DNA of 64,000 nucleotides. Source: an uncultured bacterium (GTDB taxonomy: Bacteria > Omnitrophota > Omnitrophia > Omnitrophales > Aquincolibacteriaceae). The translations under genes and the position numbers were made by a program. Of this stretch, positions 1-9,882 are shown piece by piece. The notes under the pieces are model-generated. The model was given only the letters and a program-made list of their open reading frames with translations. It ran no database searches and was not told the origin of the DNA. Positions within the stretch are counted from its first letter, which is position 1. Every line of letters starts with the position of its first letter. Where the stretch lies: positions 1,310-65,309 of the forward strand of contig CAYZYT010000012.1 in the NCBI GenBank assembly GCA_964482725.1, in the 5' to 3' direction.

Positions 1-1429
1 GGAGAAGGATCATCTTCTCATCCTCAAGCGTGTAACCAAAAATACGCTGGCGGAGCGCGAGCGTCGCTTGATCGACCTCCACGGGACCGGGCACCTGAAG
101 CAATCCCTTGAGTTCAATGCGATTTTCTTCAAGCCAACGGCGGTAGGGTTTATGCCGGGCGATCCCGGATTTGATCTCATTATCTTTGATTACCCGCTTC
201 GTCGCCGTATCCACCAAAAGCATTTTCCCGGGCGCCAGCATGCCCTTTTCGAGAATGTCCGGAGGATTTAGATCAAGCACTCCGACCTCAGACGCCATAA
301 CCACAAGTCCGCTTTTCGTGATGACGTAACGGGCGGGACGAAGACCGTTCCGATCCAGAATCGCGCCCACCTTTGTTCCATCGGTAAAGGCAATGGCCGC
401 GGGTCCGTCCCACGGCTCCATGATCGCGGCGTGATACTCAAAAAATGCCCGTTTCGCCTCGCTGATATGGTATTTAACGCCGAAGGCCTCAGGGACCATC
501 ATCATCATCGCGTGCTCCATGGAACGTCCGCCCAGGGTCAAGAGCTCAAAAACATTATCAAAGGTACCCGAATCGCTCAGGGATGGATTGATGATCGGCA
601 GAAGTTTTTTGACCGCGGGCCCCAAAAGATCCGAAGAGATCCTCCCCTCACGAGCGACCATCTTGTTGATATTGCCACGAAGCGTGTTGATCTCTCCGTT
701 ATGCGCCACAAAATGGAAGGGATGCGCCAACGCCCAGGACGGGAACGTGTTCGTGGAATAGCGTTGATGCACGACCGCGAGAGCGCTAACAAGATCAGCG
801 TCCATCAGATCGATAAAGAAGTGGTCAAACTGCGGGGCGGCAAACATGCCTTTATAGACGACCGTGCGTGAAGAAAAAGACGGAATATAGAAATCCTCTA
901 ACGCCCAGCCCAACTTCACAGCCTCGTTCTCAAGAACTTTCCGAAGGATGTAAAGCCGGCGCTCCAAAGAGAGGCCTTCTAGACCGTCCAAGGTGACAAA
1001 AACCTGCCAAATGGACGGCATCACTTCCCGGGCCATTTCGCCAAGACAGTCCGGATGGACCGGAACTTCCCGCCATCCAAGAATTTTTCCACCCTCCCGG
1101 GCGGTTTGCTCGGCGATCATCTTCCGCGCACGTTCGGAATCTTTTTCCTGCCTGGGGAGAAAAAGCATCCCCACGCCATACTTCCCTTCCGCCGGCAAGG
1201 GGAAGTTTAAAACCCTGGAAAAGAACTTGTGGGGCACCTGAAGGATCATCCCGGCGCCGTCCCCGGTCTTCAGATCCCCGCCCACCGCGCCGCGGTGGAC
1301 GAGATTTTTCAGGATCTGAACTCCGTCACGAACGACCTGATGCGTCCGGGTTCCGTCGATCTTAACGACAAAACCGACGCCGCACGCATCATGCTCCATG
1401 CTGGGATGATATAAACCCTGCTCTTTCAT
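1..1429 (-). CDS. gltB: Glutamate synthase large subunit, 5' part (runs off window start)
   Basis: Manual translation from the ATG at 1429 gives MKEQGLYHPSMEHDACGVGFV...HRGAVGGDLKTGDGAG, the GltB glutamine amidotransferase N-terminus. Absent from the ORF track because it has no stop in the window. Confidence 0.95.
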   Translation of the reverse strand, partial: MKEQGLYHPSMEHDACGVGFVVKIDGTRTHQVVRDGVQILKNLVHRGAVGGDLKTGDGAGMILQVPHKFFSRVLNFPLPAEGKYGVGMLFLPRQEKDSERARKMIAEQTAREGGKILGWREVPVHPDCLGEMAREVMPSIWQVFVTLDGLEGLSLERRLYILRKVLENEAVKLGWALEDFYIPSFSSRTVVYKGMFAAPQFDHFFIDLMDADLVSALAVVHQRYSTNTFPSWALAHPFHFVAHNGEINTLRGNINKMVAREGRISSDLLGPAVKKLLPIINPSLSDSGTFDNVFELLTLGGRSMEHAMMMMVPEAFGVKYHISEAKRAFFEYHAAIMEPWDGPAAIAFTDGTKVGAILDRNGLRPARYVITKSGLVVMASEVGVLDLNPPDILEKGMLAPGKMLLVDTATKRVIKDNEIKSGIARHKPYRRWLEENRIELKGLLQVPGPVEVDQATLALRQRIFGYTLEDEKMILL

Positions 1430-1543
1430 TAAGATCTTCCCTTCAGACTCATTTAAATGCTGTCCTTATGGACACAAAGACACCCCGAGCTCTATGCGAG
1501 TAATTTTTACTATAAGCTAGGGCAAAGGCAGGCGGGTCGTATT

Positions 1544-2083
1544 CTACCGATTTTTAGGCTTTTTCAAATAAAAAAATCCGATCAGAGTCTTCCCATCGAC
1601 GATCTCTCCGCGACGGATCATCCGGCCGATCTCCGGAAGGCTGAACGTTCCCAGCTCAAAGTCTTCGTCTTCGTCCTTGGGCGCGACAGCCGGCTTCAGA
1701 CGCGAGGCCAGAAAAACATGCATTTTCTCGCCCGAAACACCCGGCGTCGGGTAGAACTCCAAAAGTTTTACAAGCTTCCCCGGCCTCATTCCGATCTCCT
1801 CCATAAGCTCGCGCTTTGCAGCCTGAGGAAACGTTTCTCCGGGTTCTTTCCCGCCTGCGGGAAATTCCCAAAGGTGCTTTTCAAGCGGAAATCGGTATTG
1901 CCGCACAAGGATATACTTCCCTGCGTCCGTCCGGGGAATAATGACCACGCAACCCGGATGTTCCAGCACCTGACGCGAGAGCACTTTCCCATGAGGGGTC
2001 CGAACCTTGCAATCGATAAGACGTATCGGTCCCTTGGAAAAAATCACTTTTTTTTCGAAGACTTTGTATTTTTTTTTCGCCAT
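1544..2083 (-). CDS. NUDIX hydrolase, ADP-ribose pyrophosphatase-like
   Basis: Nudix box (AGGKEPGETFPQAAKRELMEEIG) plus VRQYR and YPTPG motifs. Confidence 0.9.
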   Translation of the reverse strand: MAKKKYKVFEKKVIFSKGPIRLIDCKVRTPHGKVLSRQVLEHPGCVVIIPRTDAGKYILVRQYRFPLEKHLWEFPAGGKEPGETFPQAAKRELMEEIGMRPGKLVKLLEFYPTPGVSGEKMHVFLASRLKPAVAPKDEDEDFELGTFSLPEIGRMIRRGEIVDGKTLIGFFYLKKPKNR

Positions 2084-2139
2084 ATAGAAAAAGGGCCCAT
2101 CTTTTACGACGGGCCTCGTTGTTTTTTCCTTAATAAAAA

Positions 2140-2255
2140 TGGAGCGGGATACGGGAATCGGCGCCTTACATTCGCTCCGCTCACTTCAGGTCGGCCACCC
2201 GCCCTACAGATATGACATTTGTCATATCTGACATCAGGGCTCCCTTCGATTCCCG
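2140..2255 (-). repeat. tRNA-linked structured element, copy 1, ending in the duplicated 3' 21 nt of tRNA-Gly
   Basis: 2140-2160 is identical to 8615-8635. The core cttcaggtcggccacccgccc and the hairpin layout are shared with 36523-36628. Confidence 0.8.
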
Positions 2256-2489
2256 AATCGAACACCGTAGACGGCTGACCTTGAGCCGCCACGGTGCCGC
2301 ATTATTTCAATCAGAAAAAAGCGGGATACGGGATTCTACAATGACATTTCCATAACATCATCAATAACAATGCGTTGGAACGATCTCGAAGATTTCAGCA
2401 GCATTTGTCTATCGCATCAATTATTTACATCCAGAATTTTTAAAGCGAAAATTTCTACGCCCCTAAAAAAAATGAATATCGATAGTTTT

Positions 2490-5432
2490 TTAAAAATCGT
2501 AGCGAACAGTGCCGTAATAGGTGTTCGACATGAACTGATCTCGCAGTTCTAGGTCCCAGTTCCCTGTCAATGTGACGTTCCCTTTGTTTAAAAACCCGAG
2601 CTCCGCACCAAAGAGCATCCCGTTCTTCGCGGGTTTGGCGCCGATCGTATCAAAAGACGGGCCGCCGCCGGCAAAAGTCGCCGTCGTCTGGAAACGATCC
2701 CCGATATAATCATAGAGCCAGGCTGCCTTCGCTGAAGGAATGAATGTCCCGAGTTTCTTCGCCACCATCGGATACGCCAATTTCATGCCCAGGGACTGCT
2801 CCAATTGATGGTAGCCTTCCCCCTGCACAGAAAGGTTCAGGGCATTAGCACCCTTTTCCTTATACTTGTTCATATAAAGATAGTTATACCCCAAACCCGC
2901 AAAGGGCGTCACTTCCAGTTTCTTCGTCTCTTCGAAAGTGAAAGTGTAACCCGTTTCGAAGTTCGTTGAATACTGCTGCCCGTAATGATCCGCTTTCGCG
3001 ACGCGCTTATTCGTAGGAGTGAGCCAGATCTCACGGCGACTGTCATAATTATTTTGTGTGAAAGCGAACATCCCGTCCACATACCAGGAGTTCTCGACCT
3101 GGCTACGCACAGCCTCGTAGGATTTCTTGCCACCTTGACGCGCTTTGTTAAGATCGAGAGAATCGTAACTTCCGTAGATCGTCCCCTGGAAACTATTGAT
3201 ATCATCCGAAGGACTGCCCGGCTGTTTGGAATGCACGCCCGCCCAGCCGTAACTGCCGGCGAAGCCCGCGCGGAAATGTTTATCGATCACTTTATCCGCA
3301 CCGATCGTGGTCCCGAAGGTGTTCGCCGAAAATCCCTGGATTCCCTTGCGCTCGTCTTGTTTCATGTTGCTCCCGAGCCCTTGCATCCAGACGCCGACAC
3401 CGTTTAGCATTTCTCCGGCCGAAACACCTGTCCCCACAAACCCGCTCCGCGCGCCGCCCAACCGATTGGCGATCATCGTAATTCCCTGACTCGTCAGAGC
3501 GCGACTGCCCTCCGCCGTCCCGGAACTCACATCCGGAGTCATCGTATCAAGAGCGTTCCCGACATTTTTAGAGGATTCCCCGTCAAGCGTATTTAATACA
3601 TTGAGCATATCCCCTGTCGCGCCGGCCGCGCCTACAGCTTCAAGGACAGAGCCCGCGGCGGCTTCGTTTGAGTTTGCAGCAATGGTGTTGTAGGGGTTTG
3701 CGCGGGTAGCGGTAACCACAAAGTCGTTGCCGGAGGATGCGCCGGCAAAAGCAAGAACAGCGCTATTATCTGTGATAGTGACGCCCGTGTAAGTTCCGGC
3801 GGCGGCGGCGTCTATGATCGTGTAAGGGGTATTGTTGGGGACATAGTTAGAAATGGTAAGATCGAGTATCCCGCCGGTTATATTCGGCGCGGCGGTTGCA
3901 GTGATCGACCCGTTATTTACACCATCTATAGCGACTTTAAGGGTAGATGCGGCCAGTGACTGCGTATATATACCGACTACATTCAATGCGTAGGAACCGA
4001 TGTCGAGGGTTGCGTTATTCGTGACGGCCCCTGTGCCGAGAGCGTTCACGTTCCCGGCGGCAAGCGTGCCCGCGGTGATCGTATTAAGCCCTGTGTGGGT
4101 GTTGGCTCCGGTAAGGATGGTTTTTCCGGTACCGGTCTGGTTAACTCTTAAACTACCGGTAAGTTGAGGCGAGAATGTATATGATGCGTCGGTTTCTTTA
4201 AAATTGAGATTTGCTGTACCCGAGCCTCCGGCAATGATCGGGGTATTAATGGTCCCTGCTAAGCTATTGTTTCCTATGTTAAGCGTGCCTGAGGAGCCGA
4301 CTAATGAGGCCAATAAACACAAGCCATTCTCTGCATTCACTAAGCCGCCATTGGAAATGGTCAGTGTGCCGGTAGCCGCCGCATTTGGGCTTCCAATGTA
4401 CAAAGCTTTACCGGCAGCGTCGGCGGATGAAATGGTCCATGTGGAATTAGCACCATCCACGGTGACGGTGCCTGAGGAGGTTGCATCACGGCTCATTTTT
4501 GCGTAGGTAGTAGTCACTAAGCCACCATTGGTAATATTCAAGGTGGCGTTGCCAGAGAAGCCAACGGCAAGATTAGCAATATTCGTCCACGTGGAATTAG
4601 CACCATCCACAGTAACGGTACCTGTGGAGCCTGAAAATCGGCCTATGATTCCGGTAGCAGAATTACTTACTGCGCCTCCATTAGTAATATTCAGGACTCC
4701 GGTGCCGTAGTAGCCGGCACAAAAATTGCCAGCCGTAGTTACATATGAAGAATTAGCACCATCCACAGTCATAGTGCCTGTGGAGAGTGCATTTCCACCG
4801 ATATTTACTCCATTAAGGCTATTATTCACTACAGCGCCATTGGAAATATTCAGCGTGCCGATGCCGGAGACACCGACGGTCAGCTGATTGCTATTCGTCC
4901 ATGATGAGGTCCCGCCATCCACAGTCATAGTGCCGGTGGAGCCTGCACTAGAACCGATATTTGTGACGGTATTGCTCAGCGTTGCGCCGTTTTTTACATT
5001 CAGCGTTGCTGTACCCGTGTTTCCAACCGTTAATGTGCTTGAATCGGTCATACTAGCACCTGTGTTAAGCTCTAAAGTGCCTCCGCCGTTAAAGATAACG
5101 GCGGGGGTGGAATTCATGGTGCCGCCTTTAACCATAACTATGCCGGTAGCCCCTGATACGTCGAATGTGGGTGTACAGGTTATGGTATCCAGATTACTTA
5201 AAAGGGTGATCGGGTTATCTGCGCCGAATGTTCCGGAGAAAGAGATGGTCTGTGCGCCGCCTAATCCATTAGCATCAATGATAGCCTGGCGAAGAGACCC
5301 CGCGCCGCTGTCGTTATTGTTTGTTACCGTCGCCGCATGAACAGGCACGGCGCATACACATAATACCATCATGCCGATAGTCATTAATAAAGCCAACGCC
5401 GCAGGTACTGCCGATGTTATTCTTTTTTCCAT
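2490..5432 (-). CDS. Type Va autotransporter (adhesin-like passenger, C-terminal beta-barrel)
   Basis: Signal peptide, VTNNNDSGAGSLRQAI motif, repeated GTVTVDGANSTW units, autotransporter beta-strand repeat (GTGKTILTGANTHTG), barrel ending in YDF. Confidence 0.92.
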   Translation of the reverse strand: MEKRITSAVPAALALLMTIGMMVLCVCAVPVHAATVTNNNDSGAGSLRQAIIDANGLGGAQTISFSGTFGADNPITLLSNLDTITCTPTFDVSGATGIVMVKGGTMNSTPAVIFNGGGTLELNTGASMTDSSTLTVGNTGTATLNVKNGATLSNTVTNIGSSAGSTGTMTVDGGTSSWTNSNQLTVGVSGIGTLNISNGAVVNNSLNGVNIGGNALSTGTMTVDGANSSYVTTAGNFCAGYYGTGVLNITNGGAVSNSATGIIGRFSGSTGTVTVDGANSTWTNIANLAVGFSGNATLNITNGGLVTTTYAKMSRDATSSGTVTVDGANSTWTISSADAAGKALYIGSPNAAATGTLTISNGGLVNAENGLCLLASLVGSSGTLNIGNNSLAGTINTPIIAGGSGTANLNFKETDASYTFSPQLTGSLRVNQTGTGKTILTGANTHTGLNTITAGTLAAGNVNALGTGAVTNNATLDIGSYALNVVGIYTQSLAASTLKVAIDGVNNGSITATAAPNITGGILDLTISNYVPNNTPYTIIDAAAAGTYTGVTITDNSAVLAFAGASSGNDFVVTATRANPYNTIAANSNEAAAGSVLEAVGAAGATGDMLNVLNTLDGESSKNVGNALDTMTPDVSSGTAEGSRALTSQGITMIANRLGGARSGFVGTGVSAGEMLNGVGVWMQGLGSNMKQDERKGIQGFSANTFGTTIGADKVIDKHFRAGFAGSYGWAGVHSKQPGSPSDDINSFQGTIYGSYDSLDLNKARQGGKKSYEAVRSQVENSWYVDGMFAFTQNNYDSRREIWLTPTNKRVAKADHYGQQYSTNFETGYTFTFEETKKLEVTPFAGLGYNYLYMNKYKEKGANALNLSVQGEGYHQLEQSLGMKLAYPMVAKKLGTFIPSAKAAWLYDYIGDRFQTTATFAGGGPSFDTIGAKPAKNGMLFGAELGFLNKGNVTLTGNWDLELRDQFMSNTYYGTVRYDF

Positions 5433-5453
5433 GTCATCCTACTATTTATCCGG

Positions 5454-7850
5454 TTAGTTCGGGTCGGAGCTTAACTGATTCGTATGGTCTATGGTGCCCG
5501 GGGATTCAATAAACTGGGCGGGCAGCGGATTCGCGACGCCCCACCAGTTATACTGGGCTGTTACGGAATAAGCTGTTATATTTTTCACATCATATGCGGT
5601 ATTGCCGTATATGGAATTGTGTCCGGCCGACCCCTGAGTGCCTCCGCCGAAATCCGCGTTGCTAAGCGGTTGGTTATATCCAGCCCTGCCGATTATCACG
5701 CCATAAGCATTATCTTTGATAGTGTTGTTGTAGAAAGAACCGGTGAAGGTCGATGTTGACTGCGAGCCCAATTCGATGCCTTCGTATGTTTGGTCCGATA
5801 TCACGTTATCATAAACTGTCGCATTAACCGAGCTTGAACTTTGCAAATGGAAATTCACGCCATACACGTTACCCGTAAAAGTATTTCTCGCAAGAGTTAC
5901 TGTAATAGAGTTGGTTCCGTAAGGCTTAACAGCAATTCCGGTTTCCCCGTTGTCTGTAACGACATTGTCAGCCACCAGCACGCCATTCATAGACCCTGTG
6001 CTGCCTGGATTGAAAGCCAGCTGAAGACCCCGATTAAGGTTTTGATAAACGTTATTTCCGGAAATGGTAACGCTCAAAAAAGATGAAGCGTTATTACCTG
6101 TCAGCGCTATAGCAACAGAATCATTACCGCTCACTATATTGTTTTTCATCTCGCAAGTGTTAATAATGGAGCTGTTATATCCATACGTATATATTCCGGC
6201 CCAGGCGTTGCTTTGCACGGTATTTCCCGAGATCCTGACATCCCCTTGTGAATTTGTATAAAAATCGGCTCTTATTCCTCGGCCTGAGGTTGTGGGCGGG
6301 GCAACGGGCAAGGTATTATAAGCGGGCGCGCCCGTGTTCCTATTGTTTGAAGAGGTGTTGTTGTTAATGTGAAACATCGGGGTCGCCGTGCCCTGCGCGA
6401 CAGCGAAAATCCCGGCATAGCCGGAATTATCCGTAACGATATTGTTTGAGATGGTGTAAGTACCTGTAGTAGAGCCACCGATATCAAGAAGTATGCCTTC
6501 CTGGCTGTTGCCTGATACGGTATTGTGATCTATCGTCGTATTCCGTATGTTCTGGCCGTAGATGCCTCTTAAGCCGTTCTGCACTTTAAAGCCCATGATG
6601 GTGTTATTATTGGCAAGAGTAATACCGATACCAGCAACGCTAATGACTGGATTCCCCGGAGCTGATATGCCGGCAAAGCCTCCGTTGTATCCCGACCCCC
6701 ACAGCGTAACGCTATCGGTGAGTATTATATTTTCGGCATAATTGCCGCTTCCTTTATTCACATAGACCCACTTATCTCCTGTGGCGTTAGTAACGCCGTC
6801 AGCTATCGTGATATACGGATGCTCGAGTGAACCGTCGGAGATCCCCACGTAGGAGTTATCGACAAAGGTCATATCGTGCACTTTGGTCTTCAGCGTGGGC
6901 GCGGCGGCCGTCCTTGAAGTAACATCAATATCCCTTATGACCCTATCCACCATACGTTCCCTCAAGGGCCTGAGACCTTTCTGATAACCGAAAAATTTTC
7001 CAAATTCACCGAAAAGCGCGCTCATCTTGAATACATTGACCGTTTCAAGAGGAATGGTCATAAAAGCTCCCACAAAACAGTCCGTCCCGTTGTAACCATC
7101 GTGTTTGATCTCGACTTCAAAAGTGAGCGCGCGGATCGGCCGGATCTCGATCCGCCCTTTGATGCCGTTCATGCTCTTGTTGCAGTCCGGAAAGTAGCTG
7201 TAGCCCCCGAGAAATGCCCGGGTTTCCACATATTCCGAAATGAGCGGCAGAAGCACGCCGCCCTCATAATCGAATCCCATGAGCGCCTCTTCATAGGTCG
7301 GTGTCGTCATCTTCACGAGGCTTGTGGACCCGAACACGTAGGTGGTCTCTTCCGAGATGAGCTTTTTATCGGTAAGGGGAAAATAAAAATTGGTCCTCAT
7401 GTCGAACCATTTGGAAAGACCCTCCATGCCAAACCCGAACTGGTGATTCCGGACGTCATTCTCAGTGTGCTTAGTATCATAGAAAAAGTTGCCCCCGGCG
7501 AGGAACGATTCATCAAACAAAAGCGCACGCGCTCCCACGCCGACATTCTGCTCATTGGAGTTATGGGGTCCAATCACGGTCTTCGAATCCGCGAACAACA
7601 TGCTGTTACGGGTGCCCGCCACGGGAATCAGGTTATCGAAGTAAGTCTGAAGTTTTCCGGATCCGCCCCTAACGCCCGGCATGACCTGGGCGGGCCACTC
7701 TTTCGGAGCATCAAGGAACCAAAGTTCTTTTGTTTCGGTAGAGCGTTCCACAAGAGGAGCCTGCTGGGCTTGAGCGGCCGAAAAGCCAGTAGTGGGAACC
7801 ATAAAAATCAAAGGAAGAATTGCGATTAAGAAAAAAAGCTTCCCCCTCAT
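5454..7850 (-). CDS. Inverse-autotransporter-like protein: N-terminal beta-barrel plus right-handed beta-helix passenger
   Basis: Likely start MRGKLFFL (signal peptide). NVGVGAR/GGNFFYD/RTNFYFP/VIRDIDV barrel motifs, DGSLEHPYITI motif and many parallel beta-helix repeats. Confidence 0.8.
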   Translation of the reverse strand: MRGKLFFLIAILPLIFMVPTTGFSAAQAQQAPLVERSTETKELWFLDAPKEWPAQVMPGVRGGSGKLQTYFDNLIPVAGTRNSMLFADSKTVIGPHNSNEQNVGVGARALLFDESFLAGGNFFYDTKHTENDVRNHQFGFGMEGLSKWFDMRTNFYFPLTDKKLISEETTYVFGSTSLVKMTTPTYEEALMGFDYEGGVLLPLISEYVETRAFLGGYSYFPDCNKSMNGIKGRIEIRPIRALTFEVEIKHDGYNGTDCFVGAFMTIPLETVNVFKMSALFGEFGKFFGYQKGLRPLRERMVDRVIRDIDVTSRTAAAPTLKTKVHDMTFVDNSYVGISDGSLEHPYITIADGVTNATGDKWVYVNKGSGNYAENIILTDSVTLWGSGYNGGFAGISAPGNPVISVAGIGITLANNNTIMGFKVQNGLRGIYGQNIRNTTIDHNTVSGNSQEGILLDIGGSTTGTYTISNNIVTDNSGYAGIFAVAQGTATPMFHINNNTSSNNRNTGAPAYNTLPVAPPTTSGRGIRADFYTNSQGDVRISGNTVQSNAWAGIYTYGYNSSIINTCEMKNNIVSGNDSVAIALTGNNASSFLSVTISGNNVYQNLNRGLQLAFNPGSTGSMNGVLVADNVVTDNGETGIAVKPYGTNSITVTLARNTFTGNVYGVNFHLQSSSSVNATVYDNVISDQTYEGIELGSQSTSTFTGSFYNNTIKDNAYGVIIGRAGYNQPLSNADFGGGTQGSAGHNSIYGNTAYDVKNITAYSVTAQYNWWGVANPLPAQFIESPGTIDHTNQLSSDPN

Positions 7851-8104
7851 CACTGCGAAGGTAAGGCTTTTTTTTACAAGAGAGGGAGCATGCGGCACAC
7901 CTTTGACATTTTTCATAATCGGCCTTAAAGTGGACGGCATTGCGCAGATCAATTTCTTGAAGAATAAAAGCTAGAACCAGCCACAGTAGTTTCTCTTTCT
8001 TTTTCTGCTACTCTTTTTCTTTCTCTTTGTGGATTCTGTGAATTTGTGGATGGGGCAAGGCAATCTCATCTAAATTCTGCGCAGAGTTTTCTCCGTGCAT
8101 TTAA

Positions 8105-8240
8105 GGCTCCACCGTGCCTTGACCGTCTTGCTTAAATTCCTACTTTTTCGGTTTTTTCATGTTTCAGCAGACTCAAAACGATACGACGTAGATGCGTAAA
8201 ATTTTGAGCTACGTGTCCCTCTGTGGCGGACACAGCACTC
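8105..8240 (-). pseudogene. ISAs1-family transposase C-terminal remnant
   Basis: HVAQNFTHLRRIVLSLLKHEKTEKVGI* resembles the ISAs1 transposase C-terminus. It has a premature stop and no recognisable catalytic core. Confidence 0.55.
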
Positions 8241-8614
8241 GTCCTCTCGGAAAGCAATATCCAAAGTCCGGTGAAAGCCATTCTCAACACCCCAACCCCA
8301 CGCACGACTTTGGCGAACTCCCTCGCCAAGAAACTTATATCATCGGTGCGACTTTTTGTATAGAAAAACTCTATCGTGCTGGCAATCTTTCCGCAAATTA
8401 CGCCATTCGGATTTTGTTCAACATACATGTCCTGCAACATATAAACGAAAAACAGCAGCATTTCAGCAGCATCACGGTTTAAAAAATGAACTTTCACAAC
8501 TTGGAATGACTTGGGATAGCTTGGAGTGGCTTGGAATACAACATAAGATAATAAAAAGGGTTACGCCGCTTTTGACGTAACCCGTTGACTGGCTTGGGAC
8601 TTCAGAAAAAGAGA

Positions 8615-8688
8615 TGGAGCGGGATACGGGAATCGAACCCGTCTCAACAGCTTGGGAAGCTGCCACATTACCACTATGCTAATCCCGC
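8615..8688 (-). tRNA. tRNA-Gly (CCC), CCA encoded
   Basis: GCGGGATTAGCATAGTGGTAATGTGGCAGCTTCCCAAGCTGTTGAGACGGGTTCGATTCCCGTATCCCGCTCCA folds as a cloverleaf with anticodon loop TTCCCAA. Confidence 0.96.
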
Positions 8689-8778
8689 ATTTCAAACTTC
8701 TACAAACTTACGCCTTCGACACCAGCGCTCATGCGCTGGTGCTGCAAACAGAACGAAACCTGAAGTTTCGTTCTGCCG

Positions 8779-8830
8779 ACCCGTCTCAACAGCTTGGGAA
8801 GCTGCCACATTACCACTATGCTAATCCCGC
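8779..8830 (-). pseudogene. 5' 52-nt copy of tRNA-Gly, truncated at the T-loop
   Basis: Identical to 8637-8688, then continues into unrelated hairpins. A further 11-nt 5' fragment lies at 8900-8910. Confidence 0.85.
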
Positions 8831-8921
8831 TTGTCATCTATTAAAAATCTATCGGTAAACGGGATAGTCCCGCCAACCGTTATTATTTATTAGGGCGGGG
8901 CTAATCCCGCAAAAATACTTT

Positions 8922-8960
8922 AGGGGGACAGTCCCCCTAGATCTTAAAGGGACTGTCCCC
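8922..8960. repeat. REP-like palindrome pair GGGGACAGTCCCC / GGGACTGTCCCC
   Basis: Two inverted GC-rich palindromes separated by tagatcttaa, just 3' of the PfkB gene. Confidence 0.55.
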
Positions 8961-8966
8961 TTGAAG

Positions 8967-9881
8967 CTAAATTTTACAGATTTTCTTCAAAACTTCCAGG
9001 CGTTTGTCAAAATGCTCGCGCTTCACCTCTCGAAGGCGCTCAAGCCCGAACTTTTCGACCGTAAAAGAAGCCACGATCGTTCCGTAACCGATCGCGGTCT
9101 TCATCGTCTTCAAATTTACGTTCCTCGCCGCCGCGAGATACCCCATCACACCCCCCGCAAAACTATCCCCAGCCCCAGTAGGATCGTACACATTTTCGAG
9201 GGGATACGCAGGATAAATAAAAACACCTTCATGACTGTAAAGAAGCGCTCCGTGTTCTCCCTTTTTTATGATCACGTATTCGGGCCCCATGTTGTGGATC
9301 ATTTGTGCCGCCCGGATCAGGTTGACCTCGCCGGTGAGCTGACGCGCCTCGCCATCGTTCATAAAAACCGCGTGAACGCGGCGAAGCACTTTTTCCACAG
9401 AATCACGCTTATTCTGGATCCAGAAATTCATCGTATCGCAAGCCACGAACTTGAGCGAAGATCCGTGCACTTGATCAAGCACTTTGAGCTGCAGGTCCGG
9501 ATCCACGTTCGCCAAAAACACAAATTCCGGCAGGGTCGCATATTGAAGTTCCGGTTTAAAATCTAAAAGAACATTGAGATCCGTTTGAAGCGTGATCGCC
9601 GAATTCATATCCGCCTCATACTTGCCCTTCCAATGGAATGTCTTGCCCGGGAGCGTCACCAAATGGCTCAGGTCGATCTCCTTTTCCGCGAGAATGCTTC
9701 GATACTCTTCCGGAAAATCCTGGCCCACCACCGCCACAACTCCCACCTTGGTGAAAAAGCTCGCGGCGTACGAGAAATAGGAAGCCGATCCCCCAAAAAC
9801 AGTTTGCAGAGCTCCGAAGGGCGTCGAGAGCTCGTCAATGGCGACAGTGCCGACGACGATTAGATAAGGAGGTTTTGACAT
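8967..9881 (-). CDS. PfkB-family carbohydrate/nucleoside kinase
   Basis: GGSASY, MNDGEA, KKGEHGA and DPTGAGDSFAGG signatures. Confidence 0.92.
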   Translation of the reverse strand: MSKPPYLIVVGTVAIDELSTPFGALQTVFGGSASYFSYAASFFTKVGVVAVVGQDFPEEYRSILAEKEIDLSHLVTLPGKTFHWKGKYEADMNSAITLQTDLNVLLDFKPELQYATLPEFVFLANVDPDLQLKVLDQVHGSSLKFVACDTMNFWIQNKRDSVEKVLRRVHAVFMNDGEARQLTGEVNLIRAAQMIHNMGPEYVIIKKGEHGALLYSHEGVFIYPAYPLENVYDPTGAGDSFAGGVMGYLAAARNVNLKTMKTAIGYGTIVASFTVEKFGLERLREVKREHFDKRLEVLKKICKI

Positions 9882-9882
9882 T

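Larger units (their letters stand above)
2311..8635. mobile_element. Genomic island integrated at the tRNA-Gly(CCC) 3' end; no integrase seen
   Basis: agcgggatacggga at 2320-2333 repeats the tRNA 3' region, and tcagaaaaa precedes both copies. Cargo is visibly more AT-rich and includes an IS remnant. Confidence 0.65.

Noticed and set aside
8132-8497. 121-aa ORF as an intact gene
   Set aside because: Only its last ~35 codons resemble a transposase end; the rest has no recognisable features.
8967-9881. PfkB gene as the heptose-7-phosphate kinase (RfaE domain I)
   Set aside because: It is near gmhA and rfaE2 but lacks the RISPEAPVPV-type motif; it looks like a generic sugar/nucleoside kinase.
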